Below are positions 50,958 through 51,276 of a DNA stretch of 51,276 nucleotides, piece by piece. The stretch lies in NCBI GenBank assembly GCA_945873085.1, contig CAMCCR010000003.1, positions 1-51,276 of the forward strand, written 5' to 3'. Position 1 is the first letter of the stretch. The number at the start of each line of letters is the position of its first letter. Both the position numbers and the translations under genes were made by a program. The notes under the pieces were generated by a model, which saw nothing but the letters and a program-made list of their open reading frames with translations, ran no database searches and was not told where the DNA came from. The stretch comes from Candidatus Kuenenia stuttgartensis (lineage in GTDB: Bacteria; Planctomycetota; Planctomycetia; Pirellulales; UBA1268).

Positions 50958-51123
50958 GAGGAGGAAGGCAATGCCCGCAATGGCCGCCGCGCAGCAAACG
51001 GGCAGGCAGGATGCCGGAGAAGCCGCTCGAGATGGTGGAGACGCATGTTCGGCACGGGAGAGGTCGGGCGGTGTCGCAACGGGTCACTTGTGCATGACCA
51101 ATGATCGCGGATTTCATTTTTAT

Positions 51124-51138
51124 TGCAACTGAGTTGCA
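51124..51138. promoter_or_regulatory. Perfect 7-1-7 palindrome, putative Fur-family-type operator
   Basis: TGCAACT-G-AGTTGCA in an AT-rich intergenic patch. Confidence 0.5.
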
Positions 51139-51204
51139 CCTACAATCGTTTCGCGTTACCATGACGCCAACGTGTTCGTGTTCAGCCCACTCTGGAGCCT
51201 CGTC

Positions 51205-51276
51205 ATGCCCCTGTTCGCGCACCATGTGGAAATCAACCTCTTCGACCTGATCGTCATCGAGCCGGAGACCATGCCC
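51205..51276 (+). CDS. 5' end of a hypothetical ORF running off the window
   Basis: GGAG upstream; MPLFAHHVEINLFDLIVIEPETMP..., open to the end. Confidence 0.35.
   Translation, partial: MPLFAHHVEINLFDLIVIEPETMP

Larger units (their letters stand above)
50181..51276. mobile_element. Left edge of an integrative element/genomic island at tRNA-Ser
   Basis: Integrase points toward the tRNA 3' end with arm-type repeats in between; the far att site is not in the window. Confidence 0.55.

Noticed and set aside
50239-51225. 328-aa minus-strand ORF overlapping the integrase
   Set aside because: Alternate frame without motifs; it crosses the AT-rich operator region.

Overview
GC-rich chromosomal window, most likely from a planctomycete (inferred from the EF-Tu switch I signature, the RpoB Rif-cluster sequence and the gene families present). 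From the left: two NuoL/NuoM-like proton-conducting membrane subunits outside a nuo operon, a REC-PP2C phosphatase, then the core block tRNA-Thr/Tyr/Gly/Thr-tuf-tRNA-Trp-secE-nusG-rplKAJL-rpoBC. After rpoC come a formylglycine-generating enzyme, PolX-PHP, a YTV-like envelope protein, a candidate operon (stand-alone RNAP alpha-CTD, two arrestin/SpoOM-like proteins, a small AAA+ ATPase), PcrA/UvrD, an exosortase-Wzc-EpsI-fcl locus, a degenerate A24 peptidase, housekeeping genes (Nudix, ygfZ, rdgB, PpiC, scpB) and a protein with a 91-residue tail that is 84 Asp/Glu, preceded by a structured leader. The window ends at tRNA-Ser(GCT), flanked by an N-terminally truncated tyrosine integrase with arm-type repeats, which probably marks the edge of an integrated element. 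The best candidates for something new are the hyper-acidic protein with its leader, the alpha-CTD/arrestin-like/AAA+ cluster, the Tyr-less Wzc and a tandem SPOR-like protein. All calls come from reading motifs by eye; no database searches were run.
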